64,000 nucleotides of DNA from Candidatus Nanoarchaeia archaeon (GCA_028713045.1 JAQTOY010000001.1:1523-65522), one strand, 5' to 3'; counted from the stretch's first letter, positions 28,621 to 40,654 are shown. Notes: generated from the letters alone by a model not told the origin. Translations and numbers: made by a program.

Positions 28621-29475
28621 TCAAAAAATTTTTGTATCAATCACATAATGGTCCATTTTAGGAGCATAACCTTTGACTCTTTTTGCTAGAAGTAACTTTG
28701 CTTTAAATCCTTCAACAGCAGCTGCATCTGAAATTAGATTCATTGCTTTTTCAACATCTTCATCAACATGCTCGGTTCTTATCAAATCTTCATAGTGCAG
28801 AAAACCATTTTTCTTTATTATTTTCATTGCAAATGGTAAAAATTCTTTTGGAGGAGGCAGATAACCCATTAAAACCCTGTCTGTTTTAATGCCCTTTTCA
28901 ACTAATTTTAGAACCTCTTCTTTGGAATCTCCGTTTATTGTTTCAACAATATTTTCTATCTTGTTCAAGATTATATTTTCCTTTAAAAATTTAAAAGAAA
29001 CAGGGTTTAATTCAATTGCATATATTTTTTTAGGTTTTCCTAATTTTGCATTAGGAACTGTGAAATAGCCTATACCAGCAAACATATCCACAATCACTTC
29101 ATTATGCTTAATTTGCTTTGCAATCCTTACTCTTTCAGAAAGATTGCCTTTCGCAAACATAACCTTCTTTATATCAAATTTATAATAACATCCATTCTCA
29201 AAATGAGTAACTATTGTGTTCTTATCTCCTGCAACAACCGAGATTTGAGGTTCCCTGAACTTTCCAGTTATTCCTCCTTCTTTAATGCAAACACTCCGGA
29301 CTTTAAAGTTATCTAAAACGATTTTCCCTATTTCCTTTTTATATCTTAAAACTTCTTCATTTAAGTTCAATATGATTATATCTCCGATTCTCTGGAATCC
29401 TGAAGGAAGATATTGAAGTTTATCTTTATCAATCTTGTCTTTTAACTTATCAATTAAAATCTGTTTGAATGTCAT
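28621..29475 (-). CDS. Taw2/Trm5-family tRNA transferase (Met-10+)
   Basis: IGDII, FREP, ENG..Y..D..KVMF..GN..ER, DMFAGIGYF, IELNP, DRVLMGY. Confidence 0.9.
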   Translation of the reverse strand: MTFKQILIDKLKDKIDKDKLQYLPSGFQRIGDIIILNLNEEVLRYKKEIGKIVLDNFKVRSVCIKEGGITGKFREPQISVVAGDKNTIVTHFENGCYYKFDIKKVMFAKGNLSERVRIAKQIKHNEVIVDMFAGIGYFTVPNAKLGKPKKIYAIELNPVSFKFLKENIILNKIENIVETINGDSKEEVLKLVEKGIKTDRVLMGYLPPPKEFLPFAMKIIKKNGFLHYEDLIRTEHVDEDVEKAMNLISDAAAVEGFKAKLLLAKRVKGYAPKMDHYVIDTKIF

Positions 29476-29598
29476 GAACAATTAACAAAATTAAAGGTTT
29501 TAAGGGTTTCTTTTTTAATCGGGTTTCCAATCATCACAGAAAATTTTAAATACCCTTTTAATGAATATTTTTTATATAAATTTATATAATAATTTAAA

Positions 29599-29874
29599 AT
29601 GTCAATAAAACCTCTTGGAGAAAGAATTCTCATTAAGCCAATAAAAACAGAAGAAAGAACTAAGGGCGGTATTTATATTCCAGAATCTGCAAAGGAAAAT
29701 CAAAAACAAGGACAAGTTATTGAATTTGGAAACAGCAAAACACAGGAGATTGGACTTAAAAAAGGAGATATAGTCATTTACGGCGGTTATTCACATGAAG
29801 AGATTGAAATCAACAAGGAAAAGTTTATAATCGTTGAATTAAAGGATGTTTTAGCAAGGGTGGAGGAAAATTAA
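29599..29874 (+). CDS. groES: co-chaperonin GroES
   Basis: IKPLGERILI, TKGGIYIPESA. Confidence 0.96.
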   Translation: MSIKPLGERILIKPIKTEERTKGGIYIPESAKENQKQGQVIEFGNSKTQEIGLKKGDIVIYGGYSHEEIEINKEKFIIVELKDVLARVEEN

Positions 29875-29875
29875 A

Positions 29876-31790
<1,915 letters not shown>

Positions 31791-31869
31791 TTCCTTGTTT
31801 TTAAGAATTCTTGAATATTTTTAAATAGAATATCTAAACATTTATAAGAAATAATTAGTTCATTTAATT

Positions 31870-32586
31870 ATGAAATATAAAATACTGCTAATAAATCTAG
31901 GTTATTTTAGTGGATTAAATGGATCTCTTTTTGATTACATTTTTAAGAGTTATAGATATATTTTTCCATCCAGAACTGCAATTAAAAAAATAATTGAAAA
32001 TTTAAAGAGAATAATCTATCTAGAAGAACCCGATATCATTTGTATAGTAGAAATAAGGAAGAATCAGATTAAAGCACTTATTGATAGAGAATATAATTTT
32101 TATGATATTGAAACAAAATATCTTCCAAAAAGTATGGCTAGAAAAATTCCAATTCTTAAAAACCAAAGTAACGCTTTTATTTCAAAAAAAAGAATGAATT
32201 TTAAAAAGTTTTTTATAAAATATGGTTCAAAAAAATTAGTCTACAATATAGAACTTCCTAAAAAAATAAATCTTATATTTTTTCATTTCGCTCTTGGTGA
32301 AAAAACAAGAGAAAAACAATTTAAAGACATAAGAGAAATGGCAAACAATCGTGAAAAATCAATAATCTGCGGTGATTTTAATACTTTTAAAGGGATTTCA
32401 GAAATAAATCCTTTAATTAAAAATTCCTGCCTTGAATTGCGCCAAAAAAATCCAACTTTTCCTGCATTTAGACCAAAAAAAGCATTTGACATATTCATAA
32501 CTTCAAAAAACCTTAAAACTAAATCTAGAGTAATAAATTCAGAGGTATCAGACCATCTTCCAGTCATGCTGGAGATTGAACTTTAA
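31870..32586 (+). CDS. endonuclease/exonuclease/phosphatase family protein
   Basis: PDII...E, GDFN, TFP, SDHLPV. Confidence 0.9.
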   Translation: MKYKILLINLGYFSGLNGSLFDYIFKSYRYIFPSRTAIKKIIENLKRIIYLEEPDIICIVEIRKNQIKALIDREYNFYDIETKYLPKSMARKIPILKNQSNAFISKKRMNFKKFFIKYGSKKLVYNIELPKKINLIFFHFALGEKTREKQFKDIREMANNREKSIICGDFNTFKGISEINPLIKNSCLELRQKNPTFPAFRPKKAFDIFITSKNLKTKSRVINSEVSDHLPVMLEIEL

Positions 32587-32625
32587 ATTTATTTTAAAAA
32601 AGGAGGATTTTTATAAAAACCTAAA

Positions 32626-33186
32626 ATGAACAAAATTAAGGAATTTTCTTTAAGGATAACAAGTAGGATAAAAGGAAACAGAGACATTATGTTTCTTCCG
32701 ATATCCAAATTATTTAATTCTTTGGGGTTTACTCCAAATGGTTTGACAATAATCTCCTTGTTATCAGGAATTTTAGCGGCAATATTTCTAAATATTTCAA
32801 AAGACCTGTTTCTTCTTTTTATATTTCTTCATTTTTTATTTGATTTATTTGATGGCTCTCTTGCAAGATACCAAGGATTAAAAAATAAAAAAGGATGGTG
32901 GATAGACTATGCAACAGATAGAATAGTTACGATATCGGTCCTATTTTCCGCAATCTTTTTAGTCACAGAAAAAATTATTCCAATCCTAGCATTATTCTTT
33001 TATGTTTCTGGCCATGCAATCTACCTGATAAAAAAAAGAGAGTATCAGTTATTTTATTATGCCCTTATTTTTTATATCTTGATTTATTTTAATCCTTATA
33101 TTGCAGTAGTGTTCTTTTTGATAATGGCAATCTTGAATTTAGTGCAGGTGATGATTCAAATAATCTTTATAAAAAAGGGTGTTTAA
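32626..33186 (+). CDS. CDP-alcohol phosphatidyltransferase
   Basis: TPN.LT, D.FDG.LAR...G..ID...DR. Confidence 0.92.
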   Translation: MNKIKEFSLRITSRIKGNRDIMFLPISKLFNSLGFTPNGLTIISLLSGILAAIFLNISKDLFLLFIFLHFLFDLFDGSLARYQGLKNKKGWWIDYATDRIVTISVLFSAIFLVTEKIIPILALFFYVSGHAIYLIKKREYQLFYYALIFYILIYFNPYIAVVFFLIMAILNLVQVMIQIIFIKKGV

Positions 33187-33219
33187 TTTGAGGTATTTAG
33201 GTATTTAATCCTAAGAATA

Positions 33220-33888
33220 TTACCTGGTTCTTAAAAAACTCTTGAATCTGTTAAAAACAGGGAATCTTTTTTTCCCATAATATTTGATCTTATTTTTTAA
33301 TATAGCTTCTTTTAATGTGTATTTATCTTCAAATAAAACTAATGAGTTCCCTACTTCTGATAAAAAATGGGCATCACTTCCAGCAACCGCGGTTTTCTTG
33401 TATCTTTCAGCAAGTTTTCTGGAAAGTTCAATTTCTTTTTTAAACAAATATCTTGAATTAAATACTTCAATTCCATTAAATTCTTTAATAACCTCATTTT
33501 CAGGGTCTATTGTGCCCCTCAAATTTTTAATTTTAAAGATTTTTGTCATTATACTTGATAGTATATTATAGGGGTGGGCAAGCACAACAACGGCTCCTTG
33601 TTTTTTAGCCTCTTTGAGAATATCTTTTATGTTTCCAGGGCTTATGCTTTTTTTTAAATAATAAACTAAAATGTGTCCAATATTGCTATTGATTTCTTCT
33701 CCAATAATCACCTCAAAGTTTTTATCTTTGTTCAGCTCTTTGACTTTTAAAGCTCCATCAATAGTGTTATGGTCTGTAATTGCAATGCCGTTCAGTCCTA
33801 GAATTTTAGCTTTTTTTAGGACATCTTCTGGTTTGTTATTACTACATTTTGAAAAATTAGTATGAAGATGAATCTCGAACTTTTTCAT
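33220..33888 (-). CDS. PHP-domain phosphoesterase
   Basis: HLHT, AITDHN, GEE, AHP, GSDAH. Confidence 0.92.
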   Translation of the reverse strand: MKKFEIHLHTNFSKCSNNKPEDVLKKAKILGLNGIAITDHNTIDGALKVKELNKDKNFEVIIGEEINSNIGHILVYYLKKSISPGNIKDILKEAKKQGAVVVLAHPYNILSSIMTKIFKIKNLRGTIDPENEVIKEFNGIEVFNSRYLFKKEIELSRKLAERYKKTAVAGSDAHFLSEVGNSLVLFEDKYTLKEAILKNKIKYYGKKRFPVFNRFKSFLRTR

Positions 33889-33938
33889 ATCATTATAAGA
33901 ATAATCAAATTTATAAATATTTATTCCAATATTATATA

Positions 33939-34478
33939 ATGGAGTTCATAGAATTGATAAAAATCTTTTGGTTTTTTCTGCCTGCGGGGATTGCAAATAT
34001 GAGCCCGGTTCTATTTAAATTTATAAAATTTTTAAATTATCCAGTTGACTTAAATAAAAAAATAAAAGGAAAATCAATTTTTGGCAAAAATAAGACCTAT
34101 AGAGGATTATTCTTTGGGATTCTTTTGTCAATAATATTTGTATATATTCAAAGTTTTGTTTTTCCTTTTACTAATAGAATATCCTTGATTAATTATCCAG
34201 AAGAAAACCTTATCTGGTTGGGTTTTTTATTGGGTTTTGGGGCTTTATTTGGGGATTTGATTAAAAGTTTTTTTAAAAGGCAATTAAATATTTCTCCAGG
34301 GAAATCATGGATTCCTTTTGATCAGATAGATTGGATAGTCGGAGCGGTTATTTTTGTTCAAGTCTATGTCCATATTAGCTTAATTCAGTCTATCATTGCA
34401 ATAGTCTTTTTTGCAATTCTTCATCCAATAATAAACATTTTAGGTTATTTATTAAGATTAAAGAATAATGTTTTTTGA
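33939..34478 (+). CDS. carS: CDP-archaeol synthase
   Basis: PA..AN..PV, PVD, FG..KT.RG, GDL.KSF.KR....PG....DQ.D. Confidence 0.9.
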   Translation: MEFIELIKIFWFFLPAGIANMSPVLFKFIKFLNYPVDLNKKIKGKSIFGKNKTYRGLFFGILLSIIFVYIQSFVFPFTNRISLINYPEENLIWLGFLLGFGALFGDLIKSFFKRQLNISPGKSWIPFDQIDWIVGAVIFVQVYVHISLIQSIIAIVFFAILHPIINILGYLLRLKNNVF

Positions 34479-34524
34479 AGGTTTAATTGGTTAAGAATAT
34501 AAACCAAAGTTTCTTCAATAAATT

Positions 34525-35130
34525 ATGAATTTCAAAGAGAATTACCCCAAAATCTTGTTGTTTATTTACATTCTTTTCTGGATATGGATGGCAATAAACC
34601 CAAAGTATAGGGGAGTTTGGATTGATGAGAATATACTTCCTCCGATATTCCTTTTATTATTAATCTTTACTTATAAAAAATTCAGATTTTCTAATCTAAG
34701 CTATACATTTATTTTTATATTTATGATATTGCATGCAATAGGAGGGCATTATAGCTATGCAGAAATGCCTTTATTCGAGGTATTAAAACAAATTTATAAC
34801 CTTTCAAGAAATCATTATGATAGATTAGTCCATTTCTTGTTTGGAGTCTTATTTTTTATTCCTATTTACGAAGTATTAACAAGAATTTTTAAGGTTCCAA
34901 AAGGTTGGAGAGCTTTATTTTTAACAACTTTGGTGATATTAAGCACTAAAGCCGGATTCGAGATATTAGAATATGGTTATACGGCCATAAGACACAATAC
35001 TTTGACAACTGCTAATTATTTAGGGGAACAGGGCGATTCTTTGGATGCAATAAAAGATATGGCTCTTGGATTTACAGGAGCAATAATAAGCTGGATTATT
35101 TTTGGTATTGCCAGTTTAAAGAAGAAATAA
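34525..35130 (+). CDS. DUF2238 / YjdF membrane protein
   Basis: LH.IGGHYSY...P, RNHYDRLVHF..G, QGD..DA.KDM. Confidence 0.9.
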   Translation: MNFKENYPKILLFIYILFWIWMAINPKYRGVWIDENILPPIFLLLLIFTYKKFRFSNLSYTFIFIFMILHAIGGHYSYAEMPLFEVLKQIYNLSRNHYDRLVHFLFGVLFFIPIYEVLTRIFKVPKGWRALFLTTLVILSTKAGFEILEYGYTAIRHNTLTTANYLGEQGDSLDAIKDMALGFTGAIISWIIFGIASLKKK

Positions 35131-35134
35131 TCGA

Positions 35135-35977
35135 TTATCTGTTTAAATTAATATTTTTAGGTTCTGATGTATATGATACATTTATGCCTCCAAGTAATGC
35201 ATCAGGAATTTCTTTGCTTAAACCAAATTGATAAGCAATTTTTGGTTTAACATTAAAAGCCCCTAATTTAAAAGTATAGTCTAAAGAAGGAGTTACATGC
35301 ATAAAACCTGCTGGAAAAACTCCTCCTCTAAAACTATCAGAGTATACAAGACTTGTCCCAAGATTAAAACCATCAAAAACTTTATGGGCACAGGATCCAA
35401 TTATCAATTCTCCACCATCATTTAAATCAAAAACAGTTCTAGCTCCAAAAGTTGAATCTGATATTTTATAAATTCCTCCTAAAGTTGCAACAGAAACATG
35501 ATTATGATTTAATAATTCCCAATCTTGGATTGATGTTTGCAGGGTAAACTCCGGTGATAAGCGATAATCTAACCTAATTCCTCGATCAGTTTCAGCAGTT
35601 TTACCATCATTGTTTAATGCAGTCCATTGAAATGGAGTAATAGTTAAATTATCATAATTTAATCTAATTCCTGCTTCAGTAGATAATGAAGGAAAAGGGC
35701 CGATTAATTTACCTGAAGGCAATGCATAACTTCCTCCAAAAACCTCACCATAAACACTAGTCTTTAAATCCGTATTATCTGCCTTAACTTCAGGTTTAAT
35801 CGAAGTTTGTACTTGAGGTTCAGAACAATTAGGATTCTTTGATTCAGATAGAGATTGTGTGATTGGCGGATTATGAGTATTATTAACATTAGATTCTAAG
35901 GTTTTACAACCGCCATTGAATAAGGTAGTTGCAAGTATAACTCCTGCTCCAAGGTAATTTAATAGTGTTTTTTTCAT
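35135..35977 (-). CDS. secreted/lipoprotein with outer-membrane beta-barrel-like (TorF/Gcw_chp-like) domain
   Basis: signal peptide ending GGC, alternating amphipathic strands, terminal GGINVSY. Confidence 0.55.
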   Translation of the reverse strand: MKKTLLNYLGAGVILATTLFNGGCKTLESNVNNTHNPPITQSLSESKNPNCSEPQVQTSIKPEVKADNTDLKTSVYGEVFGGSYALPSGKLIGPFPSLSTEAGIRLNYDNLTITPFQWTALNNDGKTAETDRGIRLDYRLSPEFTLQTSIQDWELLNHNHVSVATLGGIYKISDSTFGARTVFDLNDGGELIIGSCAHKVFDGFNLGTSLVYSDSFRGGVFPAGFMHVTPSLDYTFKLGAFNVKPKIAYQFGLSKEIPDALLGGINVSYTSEPKNINLNR

Positions 35978-36033
35978 TTCAACTTATTATTATTTACTTT
36001 AAAGTAGTATCCAATATATTATCTATATAAATA

Positions 36034-36057
36034 TTATCCCCTCCTTAGGGAGGATAA
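36034..36057. promoter_or_regulatory. imperfect palindrome TTATCC-N12-GGATAA between divergent genes
   Basis: GC-rich dyad adjacent to the TATA box of the barrel-like gene, upstream of TrmB. Confidence 0.4.
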
Positions 36058-36097
36058 AAATGAAAAGAATTATATATCCTAAATAGATGTATTAATA

Positions 36098-36859
36098 ATG
36101 GAAATAAAGAACATAGGATTAGAACTTGAAGAAATCGGCCTTACAAAGTCAGAGATTAAAGTATACTTATCATTATTAAAATTAGGACCTTCAACTACCG
36201 GCCCCATAATTAACGAATCAAAAACCTCAAATTCCAAGATTTATATTGTTTTGGATAAGTTAATAGATAAAGGGCTTGTGACTTTTTTTACTGATAACAA
36301 TTTAAAACATTTTAGGGCAGTTGAACCAACACATTTATTAAAATATCTTAAAGAAAAACAAGAAGAAATCAAAAGAAATGAGGGTAAAATTAGAAGTATA
36401 ATTCCTGTATTAATGTCTATTGCAAAAACAGAAGATGAAAATGAAGCATTAGTATTCAAAGGAGCAAAAGCAATAAAAACTGCATTTAATGATGTTGTAG
36501 ATAGCCTAAACAAAGGTGATGAAGTACACATTATGGGGATTTATGATTTTAAAGAAGAATTTTTAAAATTAGGCCTAAACTTTCATAATAATAGATCAAA
36601 AAAAGGAATTAATGCAAGAGTTTTAATAAATAATAAAGCAAAGAGAATTGCTAAATTATTCAGTCAATTTAAACCAATAAAGATTAGACTAATGAAAAAA
36701 GAAATTCAAACTCCGGCAGTATTTTTAATATATAAAAATAAGGTAATAATAAGCCTAGGAGATGAGATGGTCTTTTTTATGATTAAAAGTGAAAGTTCTG
36801 CAAAAGCATTTAATATTTATTTTGAGGAAATGTGGAAAAATTCTCGCGAATATAACTAA
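36098..36859 (+). CDS. TrmB family transcriptional regulator
   Basis: GLT..E.KVY..LL..G, IY.VL..L..KGLV, C-terminal FE.MW. Confidence 0.9.
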   Translation: MEIKNIGLELEEIGLTKSEIKVYLSLLKLGPSTTGPIINESKTSNSKIYIVLDKLIDKGLVTFFTDNNLKHFRAVEPTHLLKYLKEKQEEIKRNEGKIRSIIPVLMSIAKTEDENEALVFKGAKAIKTAFNDVVDSLNKGDEVHIMGIYDFKEEFLKLGLNFHNNRSKKGINARVLINNKAKRIAKLFSQFKPIKIRLMKKEIQTPAVFLIYKNKVIISLGDEMVFFMIKSESSAKAFNIYFEEMWKNSREYN

Positions 36860-36922
36860 AATTATTATCTATCTTTTACACCCTATCAAAACTCCTATAA
36901 ACTCTGATTTGATATTTATCTT

Positions 36923-38629
36923 ATGAAAAATAAAATAGAATTACTCTTACCTGCAGGTTCTTTAGGAAATCTCAAGGCTGCTGTTGCTAATGGCGCAGAT
37001 TCTGTTTATATAGGGCTTGATAAGTTTAATGCAAGAGAATCTGCGACTAACTTTAGAGGAGAATATTTTAAGGAAGCAATTAAAATCTGCAAGTCAAATA
37101 ATGTCCGAGTTTATTTAACAATGAATACCCTGATTAAAAATTCAGAGATAAAAGAATTTTTTAAACAATTAGTTTATGCATATGAACAAGGAATTGATGC
37201 GGTTATTATTCAAGAACCTTCTTTTATCAGTATAATAAAGGAATCTTTTCCAGATTTGTTTATACATCTTTCAACACAGGCCGGAATAATGAATTCTGCT
37301 CATGCTAATATATTCAAAAATATAGAAAGAATTATTCTTGCAAGGGAATTAAATAAAGAAAAACTAAAATGTCTGCGCAAAAATGTTAACAAAGAGCTAG
37401 AAGTATTTATTCATGGAGCGCTATGTGTATCTTTTTCAGGTTCTTGTTTATTTTCAAGCTTTTTAGGTGGAAGATCTGGAAATAGGGGCAAATGTGCCCA
37501 GCCCTGTAGAAAGATCTATAATAATTGCTATTATCTTTCAACTAAAGAATTATGTTTAATTAAAAAGATTCCAGAACTTATAGAACTTGGAATTGATTCC
37601 TTAAAAATTGAGGGAAGGATGCGTACCCCTTATTATGTTGCAACTGTCGCTTCAATATATAGAAAAGCTATTGATGATTATTACAAAGGGGATTTTAAGA
37701 TAACTGATGAAATAATCTCAAAATTAAAAACCGCTTTTTCGCGTGAATTTACCGAAGGAAGTTTTTCAAGCGAATCTGTATTTAACAAAATGAAAGCTCA
37801 TGGTTCAAGTGCGCCTGAAATCAAAGAATATATTGTTAATACTAAGGATATAAAACTAGAAAAAAGGGATTATGAATTAAAAATTCCGGAGATAAAAACA
37901 AAACAATCCAAAGAAAAGCGCTTGCTTGTTAGAGTCTACAATAAATCTGATGCGGTTTTGGCAGCAGAAAATGGTGCAGATATAATTTATTATGATATTT
38001 TTGCTAAAGATTTTTTAGAAACTCAAAAATTAATTTCAAAACCTGTTTATGGAGTTACTCCAAGAATAATGTTTGATTCAGATATACCAAAAATAACTGA
38101 TGAAATAAAAAATAAAAATCCCTCGGGGATTTTAGCAGGTAATCTTGGTATGATAAATCTTAATCTTCATTTACCAATTCATCTTGACTACAATTGTAAT
38201 TGTTTCAATGATATTGATTTAAAATTTTATGAAGAAAAAGAAGCCTACCCGATAATATCCCCCGAACTTTCTATAAATGAACAGACCGAGTTTAAGAATA
38301 AAAATTTTGCATCGTTTGTGCATGGTAAGATGAGATTAATGACAATAGCCCATCAATTACAAGAAGGCTGGATAAATGATAATAAAGGAAGGTTTAAAAT
38401 AAACAAAATTAATAATGGGGTGGAGATACTGAATGAAAGAGAACTTGGTCTTTTTAATAAGGCCAAAAATCTTCTCAAATCTGGGATAAATAATTTTTAT
38501 ATTGATACGGATATTAAAGTAGGAGAGATAACCAAAATATATAGGCAGATACTAGATGGAAAGACAGTTGATGTTTCTAAAATTAAGCAAAATTATGTGT
38601 TAGGGTGGAGTGAAAAAGGGGTTTTATAA
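36923..38629 (+). CDS. peptidase U32 family (RlhA/TrhP-like RNA hydroxylation protein)
   Basis: ELL.PAG, HLSTQ, HGALC.S.SG.C, NRG.CAQPCR, SLKIEGR. Confidence 0.9.
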   Translation: MKNKIELLLPAGSLGNLKAAVANGADSVYIGLDKFNARESATNFRGEYFKEAIKICKSNNVRVYLTMNTLIKNSEIKEFFKQLVYAYEQGIDAVIIQEPSFISIIKESFPDLFIHLSTQAGIMNSAHANIFKNIERIILARELNKEKLKCLRKNVNKELEVFIHGALCVSFSGSCLFSSFLGGRSGNRGKCAQPCRKIYNNCYYLSTKELCLIKKIPELIELGIDSLKIEGRMRTPYYVATVASIYRKAIDDYYKGDFKITDEIISKLKTAFSREFTEGSFSSESVFNKMKAHGSSAPEIKEYIVNTKDIKLEKRDYELKIPEIKTKQSKEKRLLVRVYNKSDAVLAAENGADIIYYDIFAKDFLETQKLISKPVYGVTPRIMFDSDIPKITDEIKNKNPSGILAGNLGMINLNLHLPIHLDYNCNCFNDIDLKFYEEKEAYPIISPELSINEQTEFKNKNFASFVHGKMRLMTIAHQLQEGWINDNKGRFKINKINNGVEILNERELGLFNKAKNLLKSGINNFYIDTDIKVGEITKIYRQILDGKTVDVSKIKQNYVLGWSEKGVL

Positions 38630-38675
38630 AATAGCTAAAAAACTAAGTAACATGCTTTACTAATTCTTTATCTTC

Positions 38676-40004
38676 TTACTCAAATCTCTTCGCCACTTCC
38701 AAAAGGAAATTATCATTTCCTTTCTTAGCCAATATCTGTATTCCAACAGGAATTCCGTTTATCTTTCCGCAAGGAACTGAGATTCCTGGAATTTCAGCAA
38801 GATTAGCCAATACTGTCAAGGTGTCGTAATTATACATATCCTCAAGAGATATCTGCTCCCTAAATTTATGAGGCAATCTTGGAACAGTAGGCATAACGAG
38901 AACATCATATTTTTCAAAAGCTTTTTCAAATTCTTTTTCTATTATTTTTTTTGCTTTCAAAGCCCTTCGGTAGTATTTCCCTGCAACCTCTGCTTTTGAG
39001 ATTTCTTTTCCCCCTAAAATTCTTCTCAAAACTTCTTCTCCACAGGAGTTTTCTATCTTATGCCCATATTTTCTTCCATCAAATTTTCGGGTTCCAGAGA
39101 AAAATTCAACATAGTTTATGGGATAATAGGTCTGTATCCCTAAATCAATATGGTTTAGTTTGCAGTCTTCAATTTTCCATTTATTTTTATTTCCAACTAG
39201 CTTAACTTTTTGTCTTATTACCTCCCATATTTCTTTGTTTGCACCAATTTCAGGGATGCCTATTTTCACTTGATGGTTTTCTGAAAAATCCTTGCTTGTT
39301 AAGTTCCTGCTTATTGCATCTCGTTCGTCTTTTCCTTTTATGATATCATACACCAATTCGCAATCATTCACAGAATTAGCCATTGGTCCAATGACGTCAA
39401 AACTCATTGTAGAGTCTATTAGACCATATCTTGAAACGGCTCCATAGCTTGGTTTTAATCCAACTATTCCGCAATGTGAGGCCGGGTTTCTTATGCTTCC
39501 TCCGGTATCGCTTCCTAATGCAAAATCACAAAAATTAGCAGCAACACTTGCGGCACTTCCACTAGAGGTTCCTCCCGGAATCCTGTCAATTGCAACTGGA
39601 TTTTTAGTTGTTCCAAAAGCAGAACTTTCTCCACTACTGCCCAACGCAAACTCATCCATATTAGCCATGCCTAGAACAATAGCATCTTCTTTTAAGAGTT
39701 TGTTAATGACAGTTGCATTATAAACTGCCCTGTAGTTTTCTAGAGTTTTTGAAGCACAATTGCAAATCAATCCTTTAACATTGATGTTAGACTTAACAAT
39801 AAAACCTAATCCAGCTAGTTTTCCGGCAGTTCCATTTTTAATTTTTGCATCAACAATCCTTGCTTGTTCAATTGCATTTGGATTAATATGCAAGACTGCA
39901 TTTATCCTTATATTATCATCCTGTATCTTTTTTAAAAAATCTATTATGTTTCTTTCTGCGCTTAAATCTCTTCTATTTATCTTATCGAGTTTTTCTTTTA
40001 GCAT
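38676..40004 (-). CDS. gatA: Asp/Glu-tRNA amidotransferase subunit A
   Basis: NMDEFA.GSS.E, GSDTGGSIRNPA, EVLRRILGG. Confidence 0.92.
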   Translation of the reverse strand: MLKEKLDKINRRDLSAERNIIDFLKKIQDDNIRINAVLHINPNAIEQARIVDAKIKNGTAGKLAGLGFIVKSNINVKGLICNCASKTLENYRAVYNATVINKLLKEDAIVLGMANMDEFALGSSGESSAFGTTKNPVAIDRIPGGTSSGSAASVAANFCDFALGSDTGGSIRNPASHCGIVGLKPSYGAVSRYGLIDSTMSFDVIGPMANSVNDCELVYDIIKGKDERDAISRNLTSKDFSENHQVKIGIPEIGANKEIWEVIRQKVKLVGNKNKWKIEDCKLNHIDLGIQTYYPINYVEFFSGTRKFDGRKYGHKIENSCGEEVLRRILGGKEISKAEVAGKYYRRALKAKKIIEKEFEKAFEKYDVLVMPTVPRLPHKFREQISLEDMYNYDTLTVLANLAEIPGISVPCGKINGIPVGIQILAKKGNDNFLLEVAKRFE

Positions 40005-40264
40005 GATATTCCTTTTGATTTTTTAAATATAATCCGGTAAATATTCTCTATGAACTTTTTATCTAAATTTCCGAATCTTTTAATCTTGTTGCTTATAATC
40101 TCATTTTCTCTTCTTAAATCTGTCCGAGGTATATTAAGCTTATTCTTTTCCTTCATTATTTTTTTTGTTATCTTGAATCTTTTAACAAATAAAGCGAAGA
40201 TTCTATTATCAATCTTGTTTATTTCCTTTCTTAATGTTGATATTTTATTCTTCATTTTTAACAT
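39998..40264 (-). CDS. chorismate mutase type II (AroQ)-like protein
   Basis: LR.EI..ID..I..L...R......I...K, D..RE..I. Confidence 0.75.
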   Translation of the reverse strand: MLKMKNKISTLRKEINKIDNRIFALFVKRFKITKKIMKEKNKLNIPRTDLRRENEIISNKIKRFGNLDKKFIENIYRIIFKKSKGISC

Positions 40265-40267
40265 AAA

Positions 40268-40531
40268 TCATTTTTTCCAGGATCCTGTTTCAGCAATTAT
40301 AAATTCTCCATCATTAGCTGGAGCATTCTCCAGAATCCTTTGCTTAAGATTGTTTAAGTTATCTTTAGCAAATTTTGAATCCTCTTTTGATTTATCAAAA
40401 GAGCTTGCTATTTCATCCCTTTCAAATTCTTCCCTTTCCACATAGAAATCAACCTTTTCTTCATCAATGCTTTCAAGTGCTTTTGCAAACTTATCCAAAA
40501 TCTGCCTTGTTTCTTTTTCTATTTTTTCCAT
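40268..40531 (-). CDS. gatC: GatC-like amidotransferase subunit
   Basis: ERDE, ILENAP..DGEFI; upstream of gatA. Confidence 0.75.
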   Translation of the reverse strand: MEKIEKETRQILDKFAKALESIDEEKVDFYVEREEFERDEIASSFDKSKEDSKFAKDNLNNLKQRILENAPANDGEFIIAETGSWKK

Positions 40532-40654
40532 AATAATCTAAAGAATTAAGATGTATTTAAAATTAATTAAAATTAACTATTTTATGTCTGCAACGCCTAA
40601 GTTATAAATTTCCGATATAATAAACTTTAAAAAGTTATAAATTATTCTTAAAAA

